Positions 42,580 through 52,021 of a DNA stretch of 64,000 bases are shown here, in pieces. This stretch comes from Desulfatiglandales bacterium (GTDB lineage: Bacteria > Desulfobacterota > DSM-4660 > Desulfatiglandales > Desulfatiglandaceae), in assembly GCA_963662465.1 (NCBI GenBank), contig OY759599.1, positions 2,816,001 through 2,880,000 of the forward strand. The letters are read 5' to 3'. The position numbers and the translations under genes are program-made. Under the pieces are notes generated by a model, which had not been told where the DNA came from, did not search any database, and saw only the letters and a program-made list of their open reading frames with translations. The first letter of the stretch is position 1; each line of letters starts with the position of its first letter.

Positions 42580-43804
42580 TTCCTCAATAAGCATTGCCCT
42601 TAACCGAAAAATCTAATCCCCTCTTCTCTGCCATCACCATATTGATGGTATCCTCATCACTGATTCTTCAACCAGAACGCTACGTGTCTCACCAGCATTT
42701 TTAAAATACCATCTGATATACTCTTTCATGCAACCTCTAACAAATTTACAAGAAAACCCTTCTAAAAGGAAAAGACCAGTGCGCAATATCTGGTTCCGTT
42801 TGGAGTAGCAAAACTGGTTCCATTTTGGTTAGCGCCCAAGTCTTGGAATCGTCCGTCAGGGCCGATTGCATGTGCCTCATGAACTGCCTTTGAATGTGGC
42901 GCCGTCGATCCAGGTCCAAATTCAGATAGATCGAAGTGGACTGGATGTTGTCATGCCCCAGATGATTCTTGATATCCGTGATGGGGTCACCGTTGTGGAG
43001 CATATCAACTGCTCGCGAGTGCCGGAATGAATGAACGGGATTGATATGTTTCAGACGTTTTGGAGGGAGGGCCTTTTGGAGATATTTCCTGCAAATCCGG
43101 TAGATTCCATGGCGAGTGAATAACTCTCCCTTTTGATTGATAAAGAGCCGGTTTTCAAACATGGGCTTTGGGGATATCCGGTATTGTCGAATGTACAACT
43201 GAAGCAGGTCACAGGTTTTTGACTCAAGCTTTATGAGTCGAAACCGATTGCCCTTTCCCAGAATACTGAGGGTTTTCCGGTTGGGGTTAAAATAGTCGAT
43301 ATTCAACTCTGCAATTTCACTGGCCCTGGCTCCGGAATCGTAGAGCAGATGGAGCACGGTGTAATCCCTGAACCCCTCTTTTCGTTTAAAATCAACCGCC
43401 TGAAACACCCGAAGTATTTCATCCTGGTAAAGAAATCCGATAAGACTCTTCTGCTCCCGTTTCTGGGGAATATTGAGGATAGCGGTTGCGGCATCCTGTT
43501 GATCCGGATGCATAAAGCGAATCATTTTGGCAAAGGATTTGAGTGCCGCAAGACGATGATTCCGGGTTTTGGCCCCATTTTTCCTGTCACTTTGAAGATT
43601 TTCAAGGAACGAGACGAGAAGTTCCGTTTTAATATGTTCCACACGAAGCGATTTGACCTTGATGTTGTAAAACGATGCCGCAAAGGGAAGAAAAATCCTG
43701 AAAGCATCCCGATAGGCCTTTATGGTCTGGTAACTGAGCCCCTGATGGAAGTCAGGTATTGATCAAAGAACTGATGCACCAGGGGTGAAAGTTTCATTTG
43801 TTTA

Positions 43805-45218
43805 GGGAATTCCCAAGAAATAACCTACGCATTATTTCAAACATAATGTTATCCTGAAAAGATAAATGCATCAGAATCTTTATTTGCATTGAAACGCAAT
43901 TTAAAAAAATGAGGGGACAAAAATTGAAGGAGGTGGTATGAGCATAATGTATGAAAGACATGAAATTCATACATTGAAAAAAGTAACGGGTAAAAAGAAT
44001 GAACGGAGAAACAAAAAATCTGATAAAAGATGCATGCAGACGACTGACTGGTTACAAAAGAAGAGCATATCAGGCCGACATTACCAGGAAATATTTCAAC
44101 GGGAGTGCATACAAAGCCGAACGGGAGATGGGATGGGGGAGAGAGTGTGTAACAAAAGGCCTTAAAGAAGCCGAAAGCGGGATCAGATGCATGGATAATT
44201 TTGAGGGACGGGGAAAAAAGAAAACAGAAGACACGATTCCCGGTATTAAAGCAGACATAATATCCCTTGCAGAACCTCAAACTCAGGCGGACCCTGCCAT
44301 GAAAAGCTCTATCACATATACAAGAATTACAGGAAAAGCTCTCAAAAAGGCACTGATTGATGAGAAAGGATACGACGGTGAGGATCTTCCCTCTAACAAC
44401 ACTCTGATCAACATGTTGAACCGCATGGGATACAACCTGAAACGAGTCCTGAAATCCAAACCTGCGAAAAAGATAAAACAGGTCGATGAAATATTTGAAA
44501 ATGTATGGAAGGCAAACCGTGACTCTGATGAGAATCCCAACTCTCATCGGATTTCTATTGATGCCAAGGCAAAAGTGAATATAGGCGAGTTCTCAAGAAA
44601 CGGAAAGTCACGGGATCGGGAAGCGAAGAAAGCTGAAGACCATGATATGAATCCCGAAATGAAATTGGTTCCGTACGGTATTCTTGACGTTTTGAGCGGA
44701 ATGCTTTCTATTTTTTTCGGCACATCTTTTGAAACAAGTGATTTCATCGTTGACTGTTTAGAGATGTGGTGGGAAAAAAACAGAATTACCTATCTTCATA
44801 TAAACGAGTTGGTTATCAATCTTGACAATGGTCCGAATTCAGCAAGCGGTCGGACTCAATTCATTCGCAGAATGACCGAATTCAGTGACAAAACAGGTTT
44901 GCGAATCCGCCTGGTTTATTATCCTCCCTATCATAGTAAGTACAATCCGGTTGAAAGATGTTGGGGAATATTGGAGGGACATTGGAACGGAGAAATATTG
45001 GATTCAATATCAAAAGCAGTCAATTGGGCATCTACGATGACATGGAAAGGGATAAAGCCCATTGTCACGTTGGTGGAAAAGGCATATAAGAAGGGAATCC
45101 GGCTTACAAAAAAAGAAATGAAACCTTACGAAAACAGAATTAAACGTTCCGACACACTGCCCAAATGGGATGTACTTATTGAATCTGGAGTTGGGTAGTT
45201 TATTTCTTGGGAATTCCC
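43805..45218 (+). mobile_element. ISAzo13-family IS
   Basis: Perfect IR GGGAATTCCCAAGAAATAA at both ends, TTA on both flanks. Confidence 0.92.
43999..45198 (+). CDS. ISAzo13-family transposase
   Basis: ISIDAK, LDNGP, YYPPYHSKYNPVER. Confidence 0.93.
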   Translation: MNGETKNLIKDACRRLTGYKRRAYQADITRKYFNGSAYKAEREMGWGRECVTKGLKEAESGIRCMDNFEGRGKKKTEDTIPGIKADIISLAEPQTQADPAMKSSITYTRITGKALKKALIDEKGYDGEDLPSNNTLINMLNRMGYNLKRVLKSKPAKKIKQVDEIFENVWKANRDSDENPNSHRISIDAKAKVNIGEFSRNGKSRDREAKKAEDHDMNPEMKLVPYGILDVLSGMLSIFFGTSFETSDFIVDCLEMWWEKNRITYLHINELVINLDNGPNSASGRTQFIRRMTEFSDKTGLRIRLVYYPPYHSKYNPVERCWGILEGHWNGEILDSISKAVNWASTMTWKGIKPIVTLVEKAYKKGIRLTKKEMKPYENRIKRSDTLPKWDVLIESGVG

Positions 45219-45780
45219 TTACGCTGTTGTATTTGTGGGTAAAGGCAAATCGCTCGACCAAATCTTGGTAAATCGCTACGGCATTCCTCCCGAGCTTCAC
45301 CTGCTTTTCAATCCATTCTCGGTGAGGCTCACATGCTGATCTGGCATGGAGTGGAATCGCCCGTTTTTCTCCCTTGAATGTGCTGTTTACCGGTGGCCGG
45401 GGTGGGGGATTTTCACTGATGATGCAATCAGCCCCGGTGGCCAGGGTGGGGGATCTTGAATTTAAGTCGGAATCTTCGGGTAAAAAGCCACTTTCTTTTG
45501 CGTATTTTCGGATCGTTTTCCTGTCAATATTGGTCTTACGATGTACTTCACGCTGACCAACGCCATTTTTAAGTAGGGTAATGATGGTAGATTTCTTGTC
45601 CGGCTTCAAAACGTTCATCCTTTCTTCCTCCCAATTCAATTAAATTGCATTGGGAGATGGTATAACGTCCTGTCACCATTTTGTGAATTGAGCCGAAGAT
45701 CAAAAATCTACATTTTGAACCTCTTTAGGTGGGGGATTTTCAAGTGGCCACAGGTGGGGGATTTTGGGTGGCCGCCCGGG
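45219..45780 (-). pseudogene. Left end and truncated istA of a second IS21-family element
   Basis: End repeats GGTGGGGGATTTT (45728-45767); MNVLKPDKK...SACEPHREWI...AIYQDLVERFAF cut by ISAzo13. Confidence 0.82.
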
Positions 45781-46121
45781 ATCGGAGGCGAAACGGTTGG
45801 AATCTCAAAAATAAGATGGAATGAAAGGAATTAAATGGATTCCTTATAAAAGGAATCTGGGAATCAAAAGGAAGGAATCAAATCTCGCAACATAACGGAC
45901 CCCGCAACATAAATTGAGAGTATCCCCAAAAAAACAGTGTCTCTGAAGTGTTGATATTCCCTTACATATCTGGAATTGCCTTCACGTTCCTGGACCTAAA
46001 CCGTAAGATCCTACCACCACAACATATTGTGGTCAATCTGGTTTCCGATTATCCGGTCACAGAAAAAGAGTACGTGCATTGAGCCAGTATCCCACATCCG
46101 TCAAAACCGTGCAAGGGTGAC

Positions 46122-46226
46122 CCACGGTGAATTTGTTCTAACGCTAATCCATTGATTTGTTTGAATTGATGTGTCCTTCATAAGGTTTTGATATCAAAGG
46201 TTTACAAATAGAACAAATTTGCCCTG
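46122..46226. mobile_element. MITE-like miniature element (~105 bp)
   Basis: 15/18 terminal IR (CACGGTGAATTTGTTCTA / TAGAACAAATTTGCCCTG) flanked by AAGGGTGAC direct repeats. Confidence 0.68.
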
Positions 46227-46235
46227 AAGGGTGAC

Positions 46236-48121
46236 CAGCGCTGAAGCATGAATAGCTCTAAATTTGTTCTGCAGCCTGTAGCAGGCAACTTTTCCATCCT
46301 GATAGCTGAATCCGGCACATGACTATTTTGATAATAGCATGATATTGGTTGTTTTTGGAAAAGGAATTAAAATTGGGCACACTACCTCCGTCCCATCAAA
46401 TATGAGGTTTTTTTCAGGATAAAAATTTCGAGTCTAGATCAGCCGAAGCTGAAAGTTGGCTTCAAGACGTTGGCGTGTACTCACAGGGTCTAGCCATCGA
46501 CCGCTAAGTGTACTACGAATGAATTTTATAAACCCGCGTATGCTGTACTCTCGTACTATTTCTACAAGACATTCAGAGTAAACAGCTAAAACATTGAGAA
46601 AGTGCCCCAATCGCATCAAGTAGTGGTATCCTCTCATGGCATTCCAATCGTACGAGAAAACGTGTTCATATTGGTATCCATGGTGCTTTTCAACTAGGAA
46701 ACTCGCTTCAATTCCCCAGCGGTGCCGAGCCCCTAAATTACATCTTTCGTGCAAATTTGATCTGGTAAAAGGTTTATCGGAAATCCAAGCATGACGCGAT
46801 TTCTTGGTCACAACAGCAGTAGAATCCTTGGCGATCTCCTCCCAAGTTTCGTTGCATGTCACCATATGGAGGATTTGCCTTTTTTTGCCGTTTGGCCCAT
46901 AGCAATATTCAATATTGTTTACCCACTCAAAGCGCTGCTTTCTGTCGCCCCAGGTCATATTAAAAAGGTTGTTGGTTTCAATTTTTCTGAGGCCTTCAAA
47001 TTCTTCCCACATACTTGGAAGACTCTTGCTTTGCAATACAATCATGAAGTCCCAACGGTTTTTTCGGCATAGCTCTATCATAGGACCATTGGGATACAAG
47101 CCATCTAAGAACAATATTATCGCAAGGCGAGAAAACGCTTTCTTCAATCTTCCGGCTAACCTCTTAAACGCTTTTTGTTCACAGTCCTGTTTTGCTGTTT
47201 CCGTATCACCTTCTTCATAGTTCGAGAACTCACTCATTAAGGGAATTGTCATCCCGTTGTGAAAAACCAAATTTGCTTCCAACACGCCTACATGATACTG
47301 CATTTTGGTGCCATCACCATCTTTCACCTCACGTTCGGAACACTCTGCACTCCAAAGTGTATCCCGACAGAACTTTTGGCTACCATCAATACCGATAGGG
47401 TAAGCATTTTGGTTCAGATACCTGGAAAATTTCTTCTTCTTTATTAACCTCTTAACCGCTTCAATAAGCGCTTCTTCTATTAAACCCACCTCAATTACAG
47501 CCAGCACCCGCTTGAGAGTATCGTTGTGAGGGATATCTTTCAAATCTGGGAATAGCAATTTAAGGCTTTCCATAAATTGAGGCAGGGTTATTTCTCTGTT
47601 CGCTTCGCGCCTGGAAGCCATTTGAAAAACAAACGTGAGTATCCCATACATTATGAGCAAATCAAGCTTGTGCTTGATTTTTTTGGGGCTTCTCAAGTCT
47701 TTTATCTTTGAAATCGTTTTCAAAAGACCCGGTAACTGGGAGTGAAAAATCCGCGATTGTTCTGTTGCAACAACCTGACGTGCTGCTTGTTCCTCTTCCA
47801 CATTATTATATTGGCTCTTCCGATTAGGGATTGAGGGCTTCTGTGGAATGGTCATCCCTTCGGCTATTTGTTTTGCGCGTAAGGCCTTATGGGCAGCATT
47901 TCTCTCTTTATTCAGCGTTTTTATCTCCTGCCGATTTGGACGTTGGCTCGGCTTGTTCATGATCCCCTCCGATTTTTAACATAATGGATTTTTAACGAAT
48001 ATCGCTCCATTAAGCTAATATTATGAGGCTTTTAGGAAGTTCAGCTTATTCTACAAAATAATTTTAAAAGATTTGTAACATACTATGATTTAAGATAATT
48101 TGCATACGTGCTTCAGGGCTG
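46236..48121 (-). mobile_element. Insertion sequence (1886 bp)
   Basis: IR CAGCGCTGAAGCA / TGCTTCAGGGCTG; 9-bp target duplication AAGGGTGAC (46227-46235, 48122-48130). Confidence 0.9.
46434..47960 (-). CDS. DDE transposase (IS4/ISNCY-like, distantly similar to 19627-20982)
   Basis: IGIDGS, KQDCEQKAF, LDGLY, ARHRWGIE. Confidence 0.88.
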   Translation of the reverse strand: MNKPSQRPNRQEIKTLNKERNAAHKALRAKQIAEGMTIPQKPSIPNRKSQYNNVEEEQAARQVVATEQSRIFHSQLPGLLKTISKIKDLRSPKKIKHKLDLLIMYGILTFVFQMASRREANREITLPQFMESLKLLFPDLKDIPHNDTLKRVLAVIEVGLIEEALIEAVKRLIKKKKFSRYLNQNAYPIGIDGSQKFCRDTLWSAECSEREVKDGDGTKMQYHVGVLEANLVFHNGMTIPLMSEFSNYEEGDTETAKQDCEQKAFKRLAGRLKKAFSRLAIILFLDGLYPNGPMIELCRKNRWDFMIVLQSKSLPSMWEEFEGLRKIETNNLFNMTWGDRKQRFEWVNNIEYCYGPNGKKRQILHMVTCNETWEEIAKDSTAVVTKKSRHAWISDKPFTRSNLHERCNLGARHRWGIEASFLVEKHHGYQYEHVFSYDWNAMRGYHYLMRLGHFLNVLAVYSECLVEIVREYSIRGFIKFIRSTLSGRWLDPVSTRQRLEANFQLRLI

Positions 48122-48151
48122 AAGGGTGACAGATCAATTGTTGAAGTCGAG

Positions 48152-48256
48152 TCTGAGATATGTTGGAGATATACCAGTCTGATGTCAACCAAAAAACGGC
48201 CAGTTCCATGCGTCTCTCAACCCTCAGTCCGCCCCCCTCTCAATGATGATATCACA
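48152..48256. repeat. Conserved non-coding module Z, copy 2
   Basis: TATGTTGGAGATATACC...CCAAAAAACGG...ATGATGATATCACA shared with 30958-31062. Confidence 0.85.
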
Positions 48257-48568
48257 TTATTTGCTACAGTTGAATTTAATGGACGCATCCGCTATTTCTG
48301 ACGGATATAGCAAGACATGGCATATGATCTTTATGATTGCAGGGAACGGCCATTTTTCAGAAGCAAAATCAGCGAATATTCAGTCATAAGTTGTATTTTC
48401 CCTTTGAGAAATGACTTTGTCAGAAACTCTGGATGCTGTCCAATTTAATAGCATCACAACCACCAATAACCTGCGATACAATATGCTGTAGCCTGTGCAG
48501 AAGTAAGAGCTGAAAACCGGACCAGCCTCAAATTTACCATCTCCAGTCCCGGACTAATTTCTTTAATT

Positions 48569-51466
48569 CTAAAACCCGTAGCGCGTTGAATGCCCTTTGG
48601 GTATGCTTCGTTCCCCTCCTGAATTTCCACTTTTATCCTGCATAGAGGAGCCTGATCCACCGATGGGCGCCCAGCCATCGTCAGAAGAAGGTCTTTGAGG
48701 GGCGGGTTGTGGATTTTTGGTTATGGGCGGAGGGCTGGTTTTTGGCCTGAGGCTCTGCCATTCATCTTTCTGGCGCCCCATGCTTTCGAGCGTTTTGACG
48801 ATCTCCTTGTTATCCGGATCAAGTTTTTCCGCTTCCTCCTTCTCCTTTCCGGCGATCACCCCCTGCTTTACGGCGTTGGAGAGCTTGCTCGCGTCGCCGC
48901 CTGCGTCCATCCCACCGGTACTGGTCGTAGTTAGATTGCCTCCTGTATCAGTGGGCTTAAGTGGTAGTTTTATGATCGTGGGCATTACTTCTTTTCCATT
49001 CGCGAGGGTGAGTTCATCTCCTTCTGGGTTCATAGTTAAGGTAGCCTGCTCACCAGCAGCTATGGGGTTGTCTCCATAGTCGTGTATTTCCTCGCCTGAT
49101 GGATAAGTGAGTAGATGGAAGTTTCCTGATCCCGTACCAAGGAGCTCAATCTCATAGGTATCTTGAGGCAGGACAAAGAACCACTGCTTATCACCCTTTT
49201 CATCTTTCCAGAAGTAGAAATCTATAGGTTCAAATTCTGCAACCTTATCACCATTTGGAAATACCCCTAAACGATGTCCCTGCGAGTTGACAATAAGCAC
49301 ATCCACCGGGCATTTAACTTTTGCCGCTACGGTTTTGGGCGGCTTGACCTTGGGCTTAGGCCATTGTGGTTTCCACCCACTGCCCTCATGCAACTTCTCC
49401 ACACTCCTCTCAATCGTCCAAGGAAAAAAATTAGTATCGGCACTATACCAATGCGCTTCTTGTCTTCCATGAGGGTCCAGAATAATCACTCCAGATCCAG
49501 TAGGAGGAATAGTCCAAGATCCATGATCATTCCACTTCCCCCTGTCCCACAAAGCAACTGCATTGTGTTCTGTGGTTCTTTCGTCATTCCAAGGCTTTTT
49601 ACCGGGTGTAAACCAATTTCCATCGACTGCTGAATAGTCCCATCCCTTTAACTTAGACAGAAATTTAGCATTTTCATCATCTGCCTTTTTGTTCTTAAGA
49701 TTGTTCAAAAACCACAAGGTCTTGTACTGCATGGCTACGCAGCTGAATCGGCAGCATTCATCACAGTGCAGCATTTCACACGCAAAATTGTAATCTACAC
49801 CATCCATCTGCGGATGTATCGGTCCACTCAATGCTTTTTCGTCTGTTGTTCCGTCCGGCCATGTGTGTGAGGTTGTGCCAAATTTTTTGTACCATTCCTT
49901 TATTTTCTCCAAAGGTGTCTTCCCGACTTTACCTAATTCCAACACTTCACCTGGCTTGGGGGCATCCTCAATTGAATATACTAATGGAATTTTATCAGAA
50001 GCCCTTAACTTTAAAGCGAAATCATTCCCGAGATTCATAAAATCCTGGATTGACCTCTTGTTTTGAGGGTGATTTGGTTTTACCATCACCCAAAAATCTC
50101 CATTTACCTGTGGGATACTCAATGTATTAAGCACCATTATATCTTGAATGCCCAACACATCTGAAACATGGCATTGGACAGGATTCAAGTCCTTATCTAC
50201 CATCACACCATGAATAATGGCTAAGTTAAAGGGAACCGTTTTTTCTGCTTTTCCTATGATATTAAGCTCTTTATACAAAACCCCTACTCTTATTGTGGCA
50301 GTTAGGATATCTCTTAAGGTTTTATAATACGCACTCCACATTATCACATTTTCTCTGGGATCCCGTATCTTCAATTTGGTGGAATACTTTCCGTTATCAT
50401 CCAACATAAATCCTGTTGCTTTTTCCAGTTCCGTGAAGTAAATTTGTTTGTTGTTCTTATCCACTACGGTAATATCAACAATGCCTTTAAAGGGTTTGCC
50501 GTCTTGGTCTAATGCGGTAATAGTGATAGTAACTTCGCCAGGGACTGGAAGTATTTTTTCTGTCTCAATTTTAATATTTGTTCCGGTTACTTTTTTCTGC
50601 AGTATAATGTTACGTGCCTTTGAAAATTGCTTGGTTCCCTCGGTTGGCACATAAAGTTTGTAATTTCCTTCAACACCAGAGGTCACGCTTTTGCCTAGAT
50701 CCGGGATGCTAATAGTAGCCCCGCTTACAGGATTCCCATCTTCATCCTTTACGACACCTTTCAGGGTAATACTTGAGGGCTTATAGTCCTTGGTGGCTAA
50801 TGTATCAGACCATGGTAGATAACCGGGAGCTTGGACCTTTATGCTGAATGCAACACCTTCAACGACTTCTCCACCTATAAGACGGTGCTTCACCGCATTG
50901 GCATATAAAGCCTCGGCGATCGTCATAGCATTCCTTTTGGCATTTCCAAGCATCGAAAAGTAGAAACGACCACTTTGCCATTCCACAATGCCACGACCCG
51001 AAGTAGCGGTGTCAATAATAGCGGATCTGTTATGAAATTTTGTTGCCTTAACAAAGCTGGTACCACTGAACGAGAAGCCTTCGGCTATCACAGCCTCTGC
51101 CGCTGTTTCTGTGGGGTGTGCTACGATTTTTATCACCAGCCCCGCCTCCACCCAGTCGCCTTTACGAAATGGAACAAGGAGGAAGTAGCCGACACACGCA
51201 CCTTTTACTAATTCACCTCCTTCATAGTTGTACAGTCTTTTCGGGCCCTGTATCTCCGGACAATGGCGATGAGGCTCACCATTAACGTCCTCAATGTCAA
51301 AGCAAGCTCTCTGGTCCCAGCCGAACACAGCGCCGGTCTCCCTCAGAACCCGCTTGATGATTGCCTCCTGTGGGTCGCTAACCTGGGCGGCAACCGAGGG
51401 AGATAATATCAGAACACATATGAGAAACATAAGCAGAACTAAAGAAATAATTTTGCCCTTTTTCAT
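48569..51466 (-). CDS. Large secreted mosaic protein of unknown function
   Basis: Signal peptide; carboxypeptidase-regulatory-like segment (GVVKDEDGNPVSGATI); low-complexity tail. Confidence 0.75.
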   Translation of the reverse strand: MKKGKIISLVLLMFLICVLILSPSVAAQVSDPQEAIIKRVLRETGAVFGWDQRACFDIEDVNGEPHRHCPEIQGPKRLYNYEGGELVKGACVGYFLLVPFRKGDWVEAGLVIKIVAHPTETAAEAVIAEGFSFSGTSFVKATKFHNRSAIIDTATSGRGIVEWQSGRFYFSMLGNAKRNAMTIAEALYANAVKHRLIGGEVVEGVAFSIKVQAPGYLPWSDTLATKDYKPSSITLKGVVKDEDGNPVSGATISIPDLGKSVTSGVEGNYKLYVPTEGTKQFSKARNIILQKKVTGTNIKIETEKILPVPGEVTITITALDQDGKPFKGIVDITVVDKNNKQIYFTELEKATGFMLDDNGKYSTKLKIRDPRENVIMWSAYYKTLRDILTATIRVGVLYKELNIIGKAEKTVPFNLAIIHGVMVDKDLNPVQCHVSDVLGIQDIMVLNTLSIPQVNGDFWVMVKPNHPQNKRSIQDFMNLGNDFALKLRASDKIPLVYSIEDAPKPGEVLELGKVGKTPLEKIKEWYKKFGTTSHTWPDGTTDEKALSGPIHPQMDGVDYNFACEMLHCDECCRFSCVAMQYKTLWFLNNLKNKKADDENAKFLSKLKGWDYSAVDGNWFTPGKKPWNDERTTEHNAVALWDRGKWNDHGSWTIPPTGSGVIILDPHGRQEAHWYSADTNFFPWTIERSVEKLHEGSGWKPQWPKPKVKPPKTVAAKVKCPVDVLIVNSQGHRLGVFPNGDKVAEFEPIDFYFWKDEKGDKQWFFVLPQDTYEIELLGTGSGNFHLLTYPSGEEIHDYGDNPIAAGEQATLTMNPEGDELTLANGKEVMPTIIKLPLKPTDTGGNLTTTSTGGMDAGGDASKLSNAVKQGVIAGKEKEEAEKLDPDNKEIVKTLESMGRQKDEWQSLRPKTSPPPITKNPQPAPQRPSSDDGWAPIGGSGSSMQDKSGNSGGERSIPKGHSTRYGF

Positions 51467-52021
51467 TCTAGACTCCCTGGTTTTTTTTGAGTCCGGGGTC
51501 GCCCATTAAAGATACCTTGTTGTTCAACATGCGCATGATCACTCCTTTGATAATATTGGTGGGTTAAAATCCATGTGATATTTCTGGATCGAGGAGATTA
51601 GCTGGTCGTGAATTGACTGTCCGAAAGTGATCTGCAAATGTGTTGCGTTTCCAATAAAAAACCCAAAGGATTGGACCATCAAAAACCTGAAATATGCCTT
51701 ACATTCTTTGATGAGAATATTGCCTCGAATTTTGGAAGATTCTAGCTTCTCCCTGACTCATTTTTTATGCCAAAACACAAAATATTGTCAACGTCAAAAA
51801 AGTTGTGATATCATAAAATCAGGTGGCTTGAACGAACGTTGTTATCATGCCATCTCTCAGGGCCGGTCGCAACATAAATAGCATGACCATTCCTCTGAAT
51901 CCTCAGACGCCAGAATTTTTTTAATCTCCCTTTTAAAACTGTCAACGTAAGTTTTTGAATAACCGTTGGTTTCCATGTGGGAAATGAGTTTGAGATAATT
52001 ATCCCGCAGATTTTGTACATT

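Larger units (their letters stand above)
38116..42840 (+). mobile_element. Extended IS21-like transposon (4725 bp)
   Basis: ~50-bp imperfect terminal IRs with tandem GAACCA units; 8-bp target duplication TCTTGGAA (38108-38115, 42841-42848). Confidence 0.93.
38046..43797 (-). pseudogene. RIT third recombinase, split by the IS21-like element and frameshifted near its 5' end
   Basis: Near-identical reverse complement of 54290-55309; one G missing in a G5 run at ~43740. Confidence 0.9.
37858..45912 (-). mobile_element. RIT-type tyrosine-recombinase element, copy 1, disrupted by three IS insertions
   Basis: Inverted ends TTATGTTGCG (37858) / CGCAACATAA (45903-45912), flanked by direct repeat ATTGAG (37852-37857, 45913-45918). 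Confidence 0.72.
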
